Source: Vitrella brassicaformis CCMP3155
Lineage: Eukaryota; Protista; Chromerida
Assembly (NCBI GenBank): GCA_001179505.1
Contig: CDMY01000375.1
Coordinates: 1-64,000, forward strand
Length of the DNA: 64,000 nucleotides
Direction: 5' to 3'
The notes under the pieces are model-generated. The model had not been told where the DNA came from and did no database searches. It saw only the letters and a list, made by a program, of their open reading frames with translations. The position numbers and the translations under genes were made by a program. Positions within the stretch are counted from its first letter, which is position 1, and each line of letters begins with the position of its first letter. This document shows positions 50,796 to 62,558 of this stretch, in pieces.

Positions 50796-51848
50796 ATGCC
50801 GACAGAGTATTTGGTTGTGCAGTGCTATAGCTGCGGGATGCACCAGTGCATTCAGGTGACGGATGCATCCATCAAAAAGAGTGCAGACATCTGTGTACGT
50901 CTGCATCTGTGCGTACGTGTTTGCCATACTCAGGCGGTGAAGAGTAGGAAGTTCAGTTGCAAGATCTGCCACGAGAAGCAGAGCATTCAGAAGGTATCTA
51001 CAGCCGATATATAAGACCATCACACTGAGTCTCCTCCTTCCCGCCTCCCTGCCTCTCTCATTTTGCTGCATGCGTGGTGCATCTGTCTGTTTTTGGTGGT
51101 GCCCTGCAGGTGCTCGACTCGTCCACCAACCCGGCCGACCTCCGGCCCGTCATCCAGCAGCTCAACTCGCACCTAGGGCAGATACACCAGCAGATGAGGG
51201 AGGAGAGAAATCGCCAAATCGACGAGTACCAGCGGCCGTCAGACATGATGATGGGGGTGCAGCCGGCGGCTGCCAGCGAGCCAGCAGCAGCAGCCCCAAA
51301 CGCGCCCCTCCTCCTGGCGGGATCTGCCGGTGCATCTGCATCATCTCGCTGGGCCCAGTATCTTGATGAAGACCAGGCGGCGCAACCCCCTCCCCCACCG
51401 CCCCCCTCCCCGCCTCTGTCGCCAATCGGGCAGCGCAACTACAGGGGCAGAGGCAGGGGGCGTGGGAGGGGCAGGGGCGCAGGCTACCGCCGCAAACAGG
51501 ATGGAGTGGATGGCCATGACGATGACCTGCAGCCATACAAGAGGGTCAAGAGGAGCGGCGGCGATAATGCCGACGATTTTGAGTCGTTCTTGGCGGCCGG
51601 TGGGGATGGGATGGACATCGGAGGGGGTGAAAGGGAGGCTGCTGGTTCATGGAGGGGATTTGGCGGCAATGGCGGGTTTGGCCCGCAGGGCAGCGCTGCG
51701 CCGGGTCCCCAATATGGGAATAGCGACGCTGCAGGGGCTGGGCCCAATGCAGGGAGCAGGTACATGAAGGGACATGTGCGCGTGACGGTTTCCTCTTTCC
51801 TGCTCCTTGTGTGTGCATTGCGTATCCAGGTGGGGCCGCTTCCTGTGA
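50796..51848 (+). CDS. MRNIP: MRN complex-interacting protein-like (MRNIP/UPF0544)
   Basis: MPTEYLVVQCYSCGMHQCIQ|AVKSRKFSCKICHEKQSIQK|V...ADLRPVIQQLN is the MRNIP zinc ribbon. The SRWAQYL motif and a spliced C-terminal SRWGRFL* also fit the family. Confidence 0.8.
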
Positions 51849-53223
51849 GAGATATCTAAGATACACACGAGGGAGGGTGCCCGATGCTCGATTCAGTGCA
51901 TGCCATGGGTCAGACGTCGTTGTATCAGAATTCAGAATTCATTCATGCTGCGTTGCGTGGCTGTGACGATCTACATGGTGACGATGTGTGACGTGTTTTC
52001 GTGAATATCATTTGTGAACGTGGCAACGCCATTCGAGCACCACAACAATACAAACGGGTCCAATAGGTCCATTGATTGATAGCTTCACACAACCAACGCA
52101 TCGATCCAAGCATGCTTCGTCTGCCCAGTGTCAGTCATGCAACAGATGCAGCCCTCGCGTGCAGGTCCACCCGACAATCCACTCGCCAAATCGTCAAGCA
52201 AACCTGCGCACAGGCGGCTCGGCTGCACGACAATCTGGGCAGAGGAAGGCTGCGAACACACCAGTTGAGTTGGACCCGACAGGGTGTTTTACAGTCAGTC
52301 AGCCAGGAAGGCAAGCAGACAGGCAGCCAAGCCACTCAACTCATCCATCCAGCCGTTCACGGGACACCATGAGATCAGCGCCCTTTTGCAGGCACACCGA
52401 AGTGCTGCACGGCACGCAGTCAGCGTCTAGACACCATCCATCCGCATCTGGCTCTCTCTCTCTCTCTCTCTCTCTGCACGTACATCCATGCCTCGCACCA
52501 CACACAGGGTCTTACTAAACACCATGACAAAGAGCCCAACACGTGTTATAACACTTTATGTTTGTATGCAGAAACGGCATCCCATCCACCCACCCACCCG
52601 TCCATCCATCCATCCATGAGTGACACACATGAATGGAATGGGTGTCTCATTGACAGCCACACCACAGCAGCCACGAAAGGATGGATCCATGGACATGCAC
52701 CCACGCACCTCACGGTCGATCTATCTAAATATTCAGATGATCTCTCTCAGTGGGCGTGCGGTGCGCGAAAAAGGAGGGCCTCTCAGGCGTGGCCAGCAAA
52801 GCAGCGTCATCTCACTTGGCACTGCACTTGACAATTGGCACACCAGAAAATACCAGCCGTCATGTGTACGTATCGACACAGCTACACAAAATGGTGGATG
52901 TACGTTATGTGATCATGCAGACAGGAAGTATGCAAGAGTGAGTGATATTTGATAGATCTGATCGGCAGGAGCGAGGCGTACTACACCGTTCGTTCTGTCG
53001 TATATATGTGTGTGTTCTGACTTGACTGTCTGTGTGTAGAAGAATAGCAGAAAACCAGACGACGAAAAAAGAGACAGCACAAGTGATCCGATCCCCGCCT
53101 TGTTTACACAGGTAGGCGTGCAGATGGACAGCCTCTCTCACCCCGCGCTCTGCCCCTTCTCTCTCTCGTGAAAGACATCCAATCAAGACAGACAGACAGA
53201 CAGCCCGACGGCTCTCAACCACT

Positions 53224-53925
53224 TTAGAAAGAAAAATGGAGTATCCTGCCCTCCGCCACGTTGTAGATCTCATGCATGAGATGTGGAGTGGTGACCACCC
53301 GCACCCCCGCAATTGTCTCCTCCTCCTTGGTGTCGCCCATCTGGAAGAACGTCACATTGCGCGAGGCCAGGTGGTCGAGCGACGGCTGCAAGTCGCCCAG
53401 GAGGAAGGGGAGTTGGTCCTCAGGCGTGCTGGTCAGCAGGGGCCCGCAGCCGTCAGGTGAGTTGCACCACACCACCACCTTGATCCCACTGTCAGCCTGA
53501 AAGACACGAATGAGACAAGGGGACACACACACACACAGAAAGACAGACACCCGTACATTGTCATGTTAGCACCCCTCTACCCACTATGTACCTACCAGCC
53601 GGCGCGCCACTTGAATGCCTTTGCCGACGCCTCCCTCACTCAGCTGCACCGCCGCGCCGTCGGCCTTGTTCTTCATCGTCTCCTTCATGCGATGACTCTC
53701 TGCCAAGGCAAATGAGCCCACCACCAGACTTGCCACAGCCAACAGAGCAATGAGGCCGATAATCATGTCGCGTTTGGGCGATGGAGGGGTGCTGGGCGGC
53801 TGCGTGTAGTCGCCCCTGAGGCCCTCTGCCGAACCCTCGCTGGCGAGTCTGGTCCTTTTGAGAGAAGTGTCGGTGGAGATGGCCTGGGAGGTGAGCACGT
53901 CGACTTGCACGTTTCCGGGCCTCAT
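53224..53925 (-). CDS. Type II single-pass membrane protein, unknown function
   Basis: MRPGNVQVD...KRDMIIGLIALLAVASLVVGSFALA (TM)...VARRL|ADSGIKVVVWCNSPDGCGP...ILHFSF*; one phase-0 intron. Confidence 0.65.
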
Positions 53926-54009
53926 GGTGAATGTGGTAGATGAGGGAGCAGCAGCGGTTTCGGACCGAGAATTGCGAGCTGCAACGGCAAGAAGCGAAGA
54001 AAGGCCGCG

Positions 54010-55086
54010 ATGTTGAGGCCTTTGCTGTGCCAGTTGGCGTCCAGCTGTCGGTGTTTGTATGTGCAGCAGCGTTCGCTCTTCAGCCTCTCCCCACATGTGC
54101 GTTTCTCATCCATGCCTGAGTTCGCAAAGCCGCCCACACGGCTCGACGCCCTGCTGCCCGTGTGCCTCAAGGCAGGTAGGTGCTTACGTGCGCACCATCA
54201 GAGCCCTGACCGCACCGAGGGAGGGGGATTGATGAATGCATCTCCGCACCTCGCGCCTCTGCTGTTTTGCAATGTATGTGCGGTGTGGTGTGGTGTGTGT
54301 GTGTTGATGCAGATGGCAACATGACGGCTCGTTTGTATCCTGACTGGGACGCTCGCCTGGGCACCCCCACGATAGAGCTGGCCCTCATCAGCGCAGAGCC
54401 GCCCGAGTTGGCTCCCCCCTCCAACACGCAGTCGCAGGCAGGAGGCGAGCAGGAGGGCATGCAAGGCTCGGTGGCCACCACATGCGCCTTCATGAGGCCT
54501 GCGTTCAAGATACGGGTACGCAGCCGGGGTTGCCACGGGGGCGGTGCATCTCTGTGACTGGAGGCGCATCAATCCAGCCTGTGCTTGTTGTGTGGTCTGG
54601 TGTGGTGGGTGCGTCCATCTGTCCATGTGTCCCTGTTTCAGTTGGATGGTCCGATGGTAGCGCGTTTGTTGGCGGTGGACGGTTGGGGCGTGAGCAAGCA
54701 GACGGTCAAGGACAAGGAGTCGGAGCTCATGTACGGCGTGCGGCAGGGGTGTGTGTACCTCAAGATGAAGGAGCGCAAGATGGGCAATCCCGGCTGGGGG
54801 GGCAGGGGCGGCGGATACGGCTATAGGAGCGGAGGGGGCGGTGGTGGGGGTGGGGACAAGGAGGGCGAGTCGCTGGCGACGCGGCTGGCGCCTGGCGAGG
54901 CGGTGGTGCTGCGCCGCATGCTCAAGTTTGCCCTCCCCAACATGCTCGGATGGACCACTGAAAACACCAAATACCAAGGTACACACACATTCACACACTT
55001 CCGTTGTTGCCTTGTGAATATCGCGTGCGGTTTTCTGTGTGTCAATGTGCTGGGCAGCTGGCTGGAAGGCCGCCCAGACCACCTAA
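54010..55086 (+). CDS. Whirly-like ssDNA/RNA-binding protein with probable mitochondrial presequence
   Basis: R/S/L-rich, acid-free N-terminus (MLRPLLCQLASSCRCLYVQQRSLFSL). C-terminal ESLATRLAPGEAVVLRRMLKFALPNMLGW resembles plant Whirly ESIYIPITRAEFAVLxSAFxFxLPYLxGW. The KGKAAL motif is not conserved, and the last exon is uncertain. Confidence 0.55.
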
Positions 55087-56112
55087 GTAGCACCGAATGA
55101 CCGACCTTGACACACAGGACATCACGATAGCGGCCAAGATGGATATGCATGGAGGTAGCCCGCTTTAACAGAGTACACGTACAAAGAGAGACGAATTGAT
55201 CCATCGATCCATGGATGGATGGATGGATGGATGGATGGATGGACAGACAGACAGACAGGCAGGCGAACACCCTGCGTGGGTGTGTCCGTAGCATTGAATG
55301 CATTGTGTGCATGTATCAACGTTCTTGCATCGCCGTATGAGGGATGGATGGAGAGAGAGAGAGAGAGAGAGTTAGGGGTGTACATACACATATACAGAGA
55401 GGGGCTGATAAAACACACATACATACAGGTATGTAAGGTAGATGTGCGTGTGCAAATAATGGGGTCAGTGCACACAGGGACACGCAAGACGAACCTCGTG
55501 TGTGTGGACAGAGGTGTTTGTGTACAGAGTCGCGCTCTTGTCCGATTGCATCAATTCATGACACTCCACGCGGTCTTCCGACGAGAATTCTCGATTTGAG
55601 AGATTTGAGACGGCGAGACGGCTTGAATGATTTTCTCTTGACAGATTCTATCGTTTTCGAACCAGCGACTTCGACTGGCGCTGCGGGTGTTCACACACCC
55701 TCCCGTACAGGCAGACGTCGCCTGCGTCGGTGTCCCCATCGCCGCCTCATCATCGCTGCCCTTCCCGCCAGCAAAGACGAGAGGATCATGTGCCGTTGCT
55801 TTGGCGGGGCACTCTTCATTCGAATGGTGCAGGGCCCAGACATCCAGCTACCCGGCCGCAGCGGGTGTTTGGGCCATCTGTCGCCACCGTTGGACACCGT
55901 GCAGCTGACGACACTGCAGCCCGATTGAGAGTGGACTACTCCCCAGACGAGGAGTGGACAGGCATGGGCAATCAGTTGCGGTGAGGTCACCCGCCTCCAG
56001 CAAAAGCTGTATGACGCCCTGCAGTGGACCGCTGGGCAGTGGACCGCATAGTCTCTGAGGGGTTGGGAGCGGGAATTGGCGACGATGACCGACAGACGCA
56101 CCCGCCACCTTC

Positions 56113-58814
56113 ATGGGCATGACCAAGCAGGAACTTCTCGAGAAGTTCTCAAAGGCCAGGGTACGCAGCACACACAAACACACACACACACAAGCACACA
56201 CCTTTTCTCCCAGGTCTGTGTGTGTGGTGTGGTCCGTCAGTCGCTGGCAGACGCCCTTCCTGACGACGAGGACGTGAAGAACCTCAAGGATTCCCAGATC
56301 TGGCGCACCTACGCCTTGGCCAGTGACGTGAGCGGCAGCTGCGTGCTGGGCGAGGGCGTCCTTGCCCGAGTAACGACTACGCCGAGGCGTAAGGTCAAAA
56401 AGATATGCGGATGTGTGGATGTGTGGATGTGTGTTACAGGGCTGGATGAGATATACCCGTGGCTGTCACCCGTCACCCAGGTACATGGCACGACCGACTG
56501 CAGCATGCAGGCGCTTCTGCCTCCCCTTCGTGTGCAGTGAGAGAGAGAGGTTCTGACCTGCGCCACCAATGAGGAGACAGGCCAGCCCAGTGAGGCAGAA
56601 TGCCAAGTGGGCAGCCAGAAGGCCCTGGAGGGTGTGTTGCAGCCGGAGGTGAACAATCGTGTGGAGAGGGTGGGAAAGCGGTCGGTAGCGGTCGGTCGAT
56701 GGACAGGCTGCCTTTGAGCTGCCGCCTGAGCGGCTGACTGGAGGTGTGAACATGTTCTTGGGCGTATGCGGTCGTGATGCCGCGGGTCTGGTGCTTCAGG
56801 ATGATGGCGAAGAATCTGGATCGGAGGTGGAGGTGGAGCTGGAGGTGCACGCCACGGGGTTTGAAAATATAGATGGCGTAGTTGAGGCTGTCTTCCTACA
56901 GCAACCCGGCCGCTGAGCGTGTGTGTGTGTGTGTGTGTGCAGTGGCGAGCACCCTGTTTGAGATCGTGTTGCGTCGCGTGCGCGAGGAGGTTGTCGATGG
57001 CGACGTGTCAGAGGAAACCAGGATGCGCCAGAGGGCTATCGCAAAGGTACGCACCCCCACATCTACAGCCACACACACACACACACAGCCCCTCCCTCTC
57101 CCCACCATGTGCCAAAACCCATGATGGATGTGCGCGTGTGTAGGAGTTTGGTGTGTGTGTGTCGTCGTGCGGCCATGTGTCGGGTCACCTGGGTGGCTCG
57201 ATGGACGACGATGACGACCAGGAGGACCCTGACACACGACTCAGAGGTGGGTCAGTCAGATCGGGCATGGCACGGTGGTGGACTGTCTGTCTGTCCTCTC
57301 TCCTTCGTATGAGTGCATTGCTTCCCTCCCTCCCTCCCTCCCTCCCTCCCTCTCTCCCATTTCTGTACGTACATCCTTTCTGCAGCAGGTCGCATGTTGG
57401 AGATGGCCTTCAAACACCTGAGCCAGCTCATCAACGACGAGGGGCGCCCGGAAGGTGAGGGGCCGGCCGGCCGGGTGTGTGGGGGACGCTCACACGCACC
57501 ATGCCTGCCTGCGTCTGGTTTGCCCAGAGTTGCGTTGGGAGGTCCTCGAGAGCTGCGTGCCGGCCGCCCTGAGCCCCTCTGTTCACAATGGGGAGTGGCA
57601 CCGCGACCATCAGGTGAGCTGAGCGAGAGCGACAGACGGCACCATCCGCCGCCCGTATGTGTGTGATCTCTCCCTCCCCTTTTGTCTCTCTGCTTGAGCG
57701 TCAGAACGCGGCGCTTGCCCGCGGTGCGGTGGGGGAGATGATGGACCTGGCCGCTGACGCCTGTGATGCCACTGTAGCGAAAGAGGTGAGCTGTGCATTG
57801 CACCACACACACGTGCACACCAGGGTTGTGGGTGGTGTGTGTAACCCAGGTTACACACACCACACTTAGTGTGTGTGTGCAGGACCCTGGCGCGCCCGAG
57901 ATGACCCCCGTGTCGCTCATCGCCCTCCATGCCCTCAGAAAACTCGAACGTTAGACAACAACAAGTGTGTTGACAGATTTGTTGATGCCCTTGTCTTGTC
58001 TTGTTTTGTGTTTTGTGTGCGCAGCGGCTGTTGTGTTCCACATCGTGGGTCCTCTGGTGGCTCAACAAATCAGCAGTGAGGATCCCGCAGCCGTCAAGGC
58101 CATACACATAGAGGTCAGCCAGCCAGTCAGTCGACCAAACTAACAAAAGGGGCTGGACGACCGAGGGAATACTCATTCTCTCATTCTCATTGCTGTCTGT
58201 GTGTCTGTGTGTGCAGATGGCGGCTGCATACCTCACACGCGCCGACGACTTCGACAGCAACGACCAAGCGGCCTGTCGCGATGTACGCTCACACACACAT
58301 CACATCAGACCACACCACATCACATCCAGCCTGGCCGCCTTCAGCAGATGTCCAGCAAGATCCGTCGAGTGGCCTTTGCTCGCGACCGAGCGGGCGTGTC
58401 CACTCGCGCCAAGGCCCTCATCCACCTCACCTCGTCAATCGCCAAGCTCCCCCACTACGTACACTCAACACCACACACACACACACACACCATACCACAC
58501 ACACGTGAGATCTCTCCCTCTGTCTGTGCTGTGTGTATGGGTGTGCAGATGCAGCAGGTCGAGAGCCGCAACCTCTTGGCCGCGTGTGTCAAGGAGGCCG
58601 AGGCACTCGCCATGGACCGCGCTGTGCTGCTGACGTGCATCAAGGACGTCGTCATGCGGCTGGGTCCGCGGCCGTCGCCGATAAACTCGCCGTCAGACGA
58701 GCTCGACGGCGGGAAGGAGCTCCGGCAGAGCCTCCCGGGGGTCGTCAGCGAGTGCATGCGGCACCTGGGCAAACAGAGACCTGTCGGCGACAAGGCCCTG
58801 AAGACTCAGGTACA

Positions 58815-58852
<38 letters not shown>

Positions 58853-60177
58853 CGGGTGTATGGCTGTGCGTGTGTGTGGAATTGGCAGCACACCGCCGTC
58901 GACATCATGACCGAGATCGTCGAGGTCAGCATACTACCACAGGACAGACAAGTAGTCTCGTGTGGTGTGTGATGTGCCACACGTGTGTATGTGTGTGTGT
59001 CTTTGTTTGTTTTGTTTGTCAGAAATGGCCTGCAGCTCTTGGGCGGGATGGCGTGACGGGCCAGCTCATCGACTACCTCCTCAACGTAGCACTGGTAACT
59101 GCACAGCACACACACACATCCATCCATCCATCCCATCGATCAGTTCAGACGGCTGAGGCTCTCTGTGTGTGTGTGTGTGTCTCAGAGTGTGGGTATTGAC
59201 GTGTCCAAGTGGATGTGCGGGACGCGCCAGCTGTTCGAGAGCGAAAGAAAGAAAGAGACACACACACCGAACGGCGATTAACTGGCGTCTCTGATTGTGG
59301 CGCCACTCGGGAGCGGAGGTACCTATCGAATGTGCCTGAAAGTCCACTCAGCGTCCATGGCCCTTTGTCTCGCTGTCTGTGACTGTCTTTGTCTTTGTCT
59401 TTGTCTTTGTCTTTGTCGTTTAGCGCGGAAGCAGAGGCCCGAGAGGGCGGGGTCGGCCCGGGCGGCTGCCGCATTCGCCGCTGACGAGGAGGAGGGCGAC
59501 AACGAGGCGGCGAATGCGACAGGTGACGAGGACTCCAGCCCAAGCAGCGGGCCGAAGGGAGGGAGACGCCCCAAGCTTCTCAGGATGCTGGATGACATCG
59601 ACTTCCAGGGTATGCATCAATGCGGGAACGGATAAGCATGTCGAGCCTGTCTCTTTATTGCATGGTGTGCGAACAGACTACGATGTTGCTGTGTGGGATA
59701 TCCCGAGAGGTGTTGATGTACGCTCAAGACACAGACACAAAGAGAGACCATTTAGATGGCTGCCATGTCTCTTGTTTGCATGTGTGTGTCTCCAGCGGCA
59801 AGTCAAGCGTGCGCTCCGAGGTTCTGCAGCCCAAGCCATTGCCAAGTGGCGAAAAATCGATGCGCTTGGCCTGCTGCTCGTCACGGTGAGGGGGGCAGGA
59901 GAGGAGAAGAAGAGAGCCGTGAGCCTCCTGCTCCGCCTGAACACCAAATATGTCCAGCGTAAGCACCACGTCACAGACATTCACGGCAACTGAATGTGGT
60001 GATGCCTCGTGTGTGTGTGTTTCAGATGAATGTAACAAAGACGACACCCAAGTTCAAAAATAACAAACTCGCCGAGCTGTGGGAGGGTAAACTAACACCA
60101 AATTACCTCCCTGCCGGCACCACTGTTGTCTTTGTTGTTTTGTCAAATGCAGACTATTACAATACCAAGAAGGAGTA
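56113..60177 (+). CDS. Large multi-exon hypothetical protein, predicted alpha-helical (HEAT/ARM-like)
   Basis: More than 15 phase-linkable exons with coding-like text (ELRWEVLESCVPAAL, PAVVFHIVGPLVAQQI, HTAVDIMTEIVE|KWPAALG, QLIDYLLNVAL). No family recognised; the ends and some junctions are uncertain. Confidence 0.55.
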
Positions 60178-60285
60178 GTGAACAAGGGCTTTGAATGACG
60201 TGCGTGGGCGTTTTTCCTTTTCGTGTGGATCCCGTCTCAACAGAAGACCAGGGGTCAGAGACACATAAGTCGAAACCACACCAAT

Positions 60286-60810
60286 GAGGATTGCTCCTTG
60301 CTTCTCATTCGCTGTCGTGCGTGTCTCTGCAGACATCGATCGCCGCCTACATTTTATATCTCGGTGTCCTTTCCGCCCCCACACCGCGGCATTGCGTGTC
60401 CAGCGACGACACAGCTTCCCCAGCCAGTGTCACTTCATGCGGTACCTCAGGCGCAGGTGCCCAATACACAGGCGCAGGCGGAGGAGATCGCCCACCGTCA
60501 GCGCCGCTCTCGCCAGCTACGGCGTGGAGGCCATCTCGGTCTTCGACAGGCTGCTGGACGAGGGCGGCCAGGTGACTATCATGACAAACGGCGAGGGCGA
60601 GACACTTCTTTAGAGAGACACGTGGCCAGTGTGGCGTATACGGTGGTGTCGTGTCTTCGGTTGTGCTGGATTGCTCACAGCCGTCCTCAGTCGCAACCGA
60701 CGTCTCCAGGCGGCTCAGATTTCCCAGGGCGGCCAGGTTCTGCGTTGAGGACGCAAATGGCTTCTTCCCCAACCCCTCCCCTGCCCCCTGCCCGATGTGA
60801 TGCCGGTCAA
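60286..60810 (+). repeat. Mosaic of three fragments homologous (inverted) to 38685-38775, 39960-40190 and 36585-36710
   Basis: By-eye alignment, e.g. cagccgtcctcag...gaggacgcaaatggcttct (60678-60765) with the reverse complement of 36622-36706, and gaggagatcgcc...ctggacgagggcggcc with the HAD exon. Confidence 0.85.
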
Positions 60811-60907
60811 CCTGTGTGCTTTCAACGTGGCGTTTCATGAAGACTATGAGGCGTTTGGTGCAAGACTATGAGAAGCTGCAGCCCGTCTTGGAGAGTCTTG
60901 TCTTTGC

Positions 60908-61791
60908 ATGCCTGCCCCACCCGACCCCGCCCGCATCACCGCACACCAGCGCGACATCCACAACTGCATCGTGCAGCTGATCGAGACGGGCAACGATGCA
61001 GCAGCGGCCAGCGAGGCAGTGCGCCTCATCCGCAACAACCGGCACATTCCGCTGGCCGGAAAGAATCTGTTCCGTCGGCTGGCTGCCTATGCGCGCCGCC
61101 TGTCGTCTGAGCAGAAGCTGCGCATCGTCACGGCCATCCTCGCCCATCAGGCCGCGCTCGCCAACGAGATCGACGAGCACCCACACCAAAGCGGCCAGGT
61201 GGCGATCCACCACTTCAGCCAGTACCCGTCCTATTCGACGGGCATCAGGTGGAGCTTCTGCGCTTGCTGGTGGCCAAGGGAGGGGCAGGCATCGTCAGCC
61301 TGCGGGACGACAACGACCGCCTGCCGCTGCACCACAACGAGGTGGCTGTGCGAGAACGGGGCGGCGGCAGACATCAACAGCCCCAACGGCGGCCTCACCC
61401 CTCTCCGGCTCGACGCCAACAAGAACGACCCGGCCTGGGGAAGCCTGCTCACCGCCGTCTGACGCTGCTGGAGATGGGGGCATCGGTTGCTGCGGCGGAT
61501 GTGCGGCCACTGCCAGTGCCGCATCGGGTGCTGTGGGAGGAGAAAATCCTGGGAGGAGAAGATCCTCGAGGCCTACCGCCACCATCTCGAGTGGGACCTC
61601 ATCAAGCGCATCCTCGCCCAGTCAGCCTGTGTACCGTCGTGAATCGCGCCATTCGCGACGAGGCGCGGCGGTATGGGCTCACCCTCGGGCGCATCAGGGG
61701 GCAGAGCAGCGATGCGGCCAGCAACGGGGCTGGGTGGGACTGGAGGAGGCTGGGGTGGTCAAGGGAGGGGTGTTTCAGCCGCTTTATCTGA
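60908..61791 (+). pseudogene. Ankyrin-repeat family relic with frameshifts
   Basis: ELLRLLVAKGGAGIVSLRDDNDRLPLHH and LCENGAAADINSPNGGLTPLRL are ankyrin-like but lie in different frames with no evident introns. Confidence 0.55.
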
Positions 61792-62048
61792 GTTGATGGC
61801 TGGGCTGGTCGGTGTGTGCGAGGGCGGGAGGGAGGGGACAGGGAGTTAGAAGTTTTCTCGAAGTCAGTCAGGGATGTTGGGTGTGATTTGGGCAGGTTTG
61901 GGCGAAGAGGCGATTGGTTGGTTGGCTTGCTGACGCATTTCATGTGTGTGGGCGGGGGCTGGGGGTGGTCAAGGGAAACGCCTTCAAGTCGCTAATTTGA
62001 GCTGATTGATGGCTGGGCGGGTCAGTGTGTGTGAGGGCGGGAGGGAGA
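61745..62048. repeat. Diverged direct repeat (~90-bp blocks at ~61745-61835 and ~61955-62048)
   Basis: ggctggggtggtcaaggga...ttgatggctgggc.ggtc.gtgtgtg.gagggcgggagggag occurs twice. Confidence 0.75.
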
Positions 62049-62558
62049 TATATCGCTACCTACATTTTATATATGGTGTCTCTTGCCTCCCATTTGACGT
62101 GGCAGCCAATTTCTCAGTCTGACCTGTTTTATCCGTTTTCTGTACGTGCAGGAGGGGGCGGACCTTGCAGGTTCTAATGCTCGTGTCTACATGATGTATT
62201 TCGCGACGATTAATGCCTTGGTGTGGGTGACCTCGAATGAGTGAGAGGGCGGGAGAGGCGAAGTGAGTGACCCACATATAATCGGCGGCGGGGGGCATGT
62301 GCATGTGGTGAGGATCGCTGCTTGCATTTTATACATATTGCGATGTCTGTTCCTCCATGTAAGGGCTCTTTAAGAATATTTGTGTATGATCGCATTCACC
62401 CGAGTCCATCCAATTCACTCGCGCCATCTTCGACAATCGATGAATTGAATGGCATGTTCGTCCTTCCGTATACACAATGCCGACACCGCACATCAATGCA
62501 GCAGACTCTCAAAGGCTGCCGGCTGTCTGTCTGTCTATCTGTCTGTCTGTCTGTCTGT

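Noticed and set aside
55500-56101. Separate gene or upstream exons of the helical-repeat gene
   Set aside because: Tested splice combinations led to in-frame stops; no supported model.
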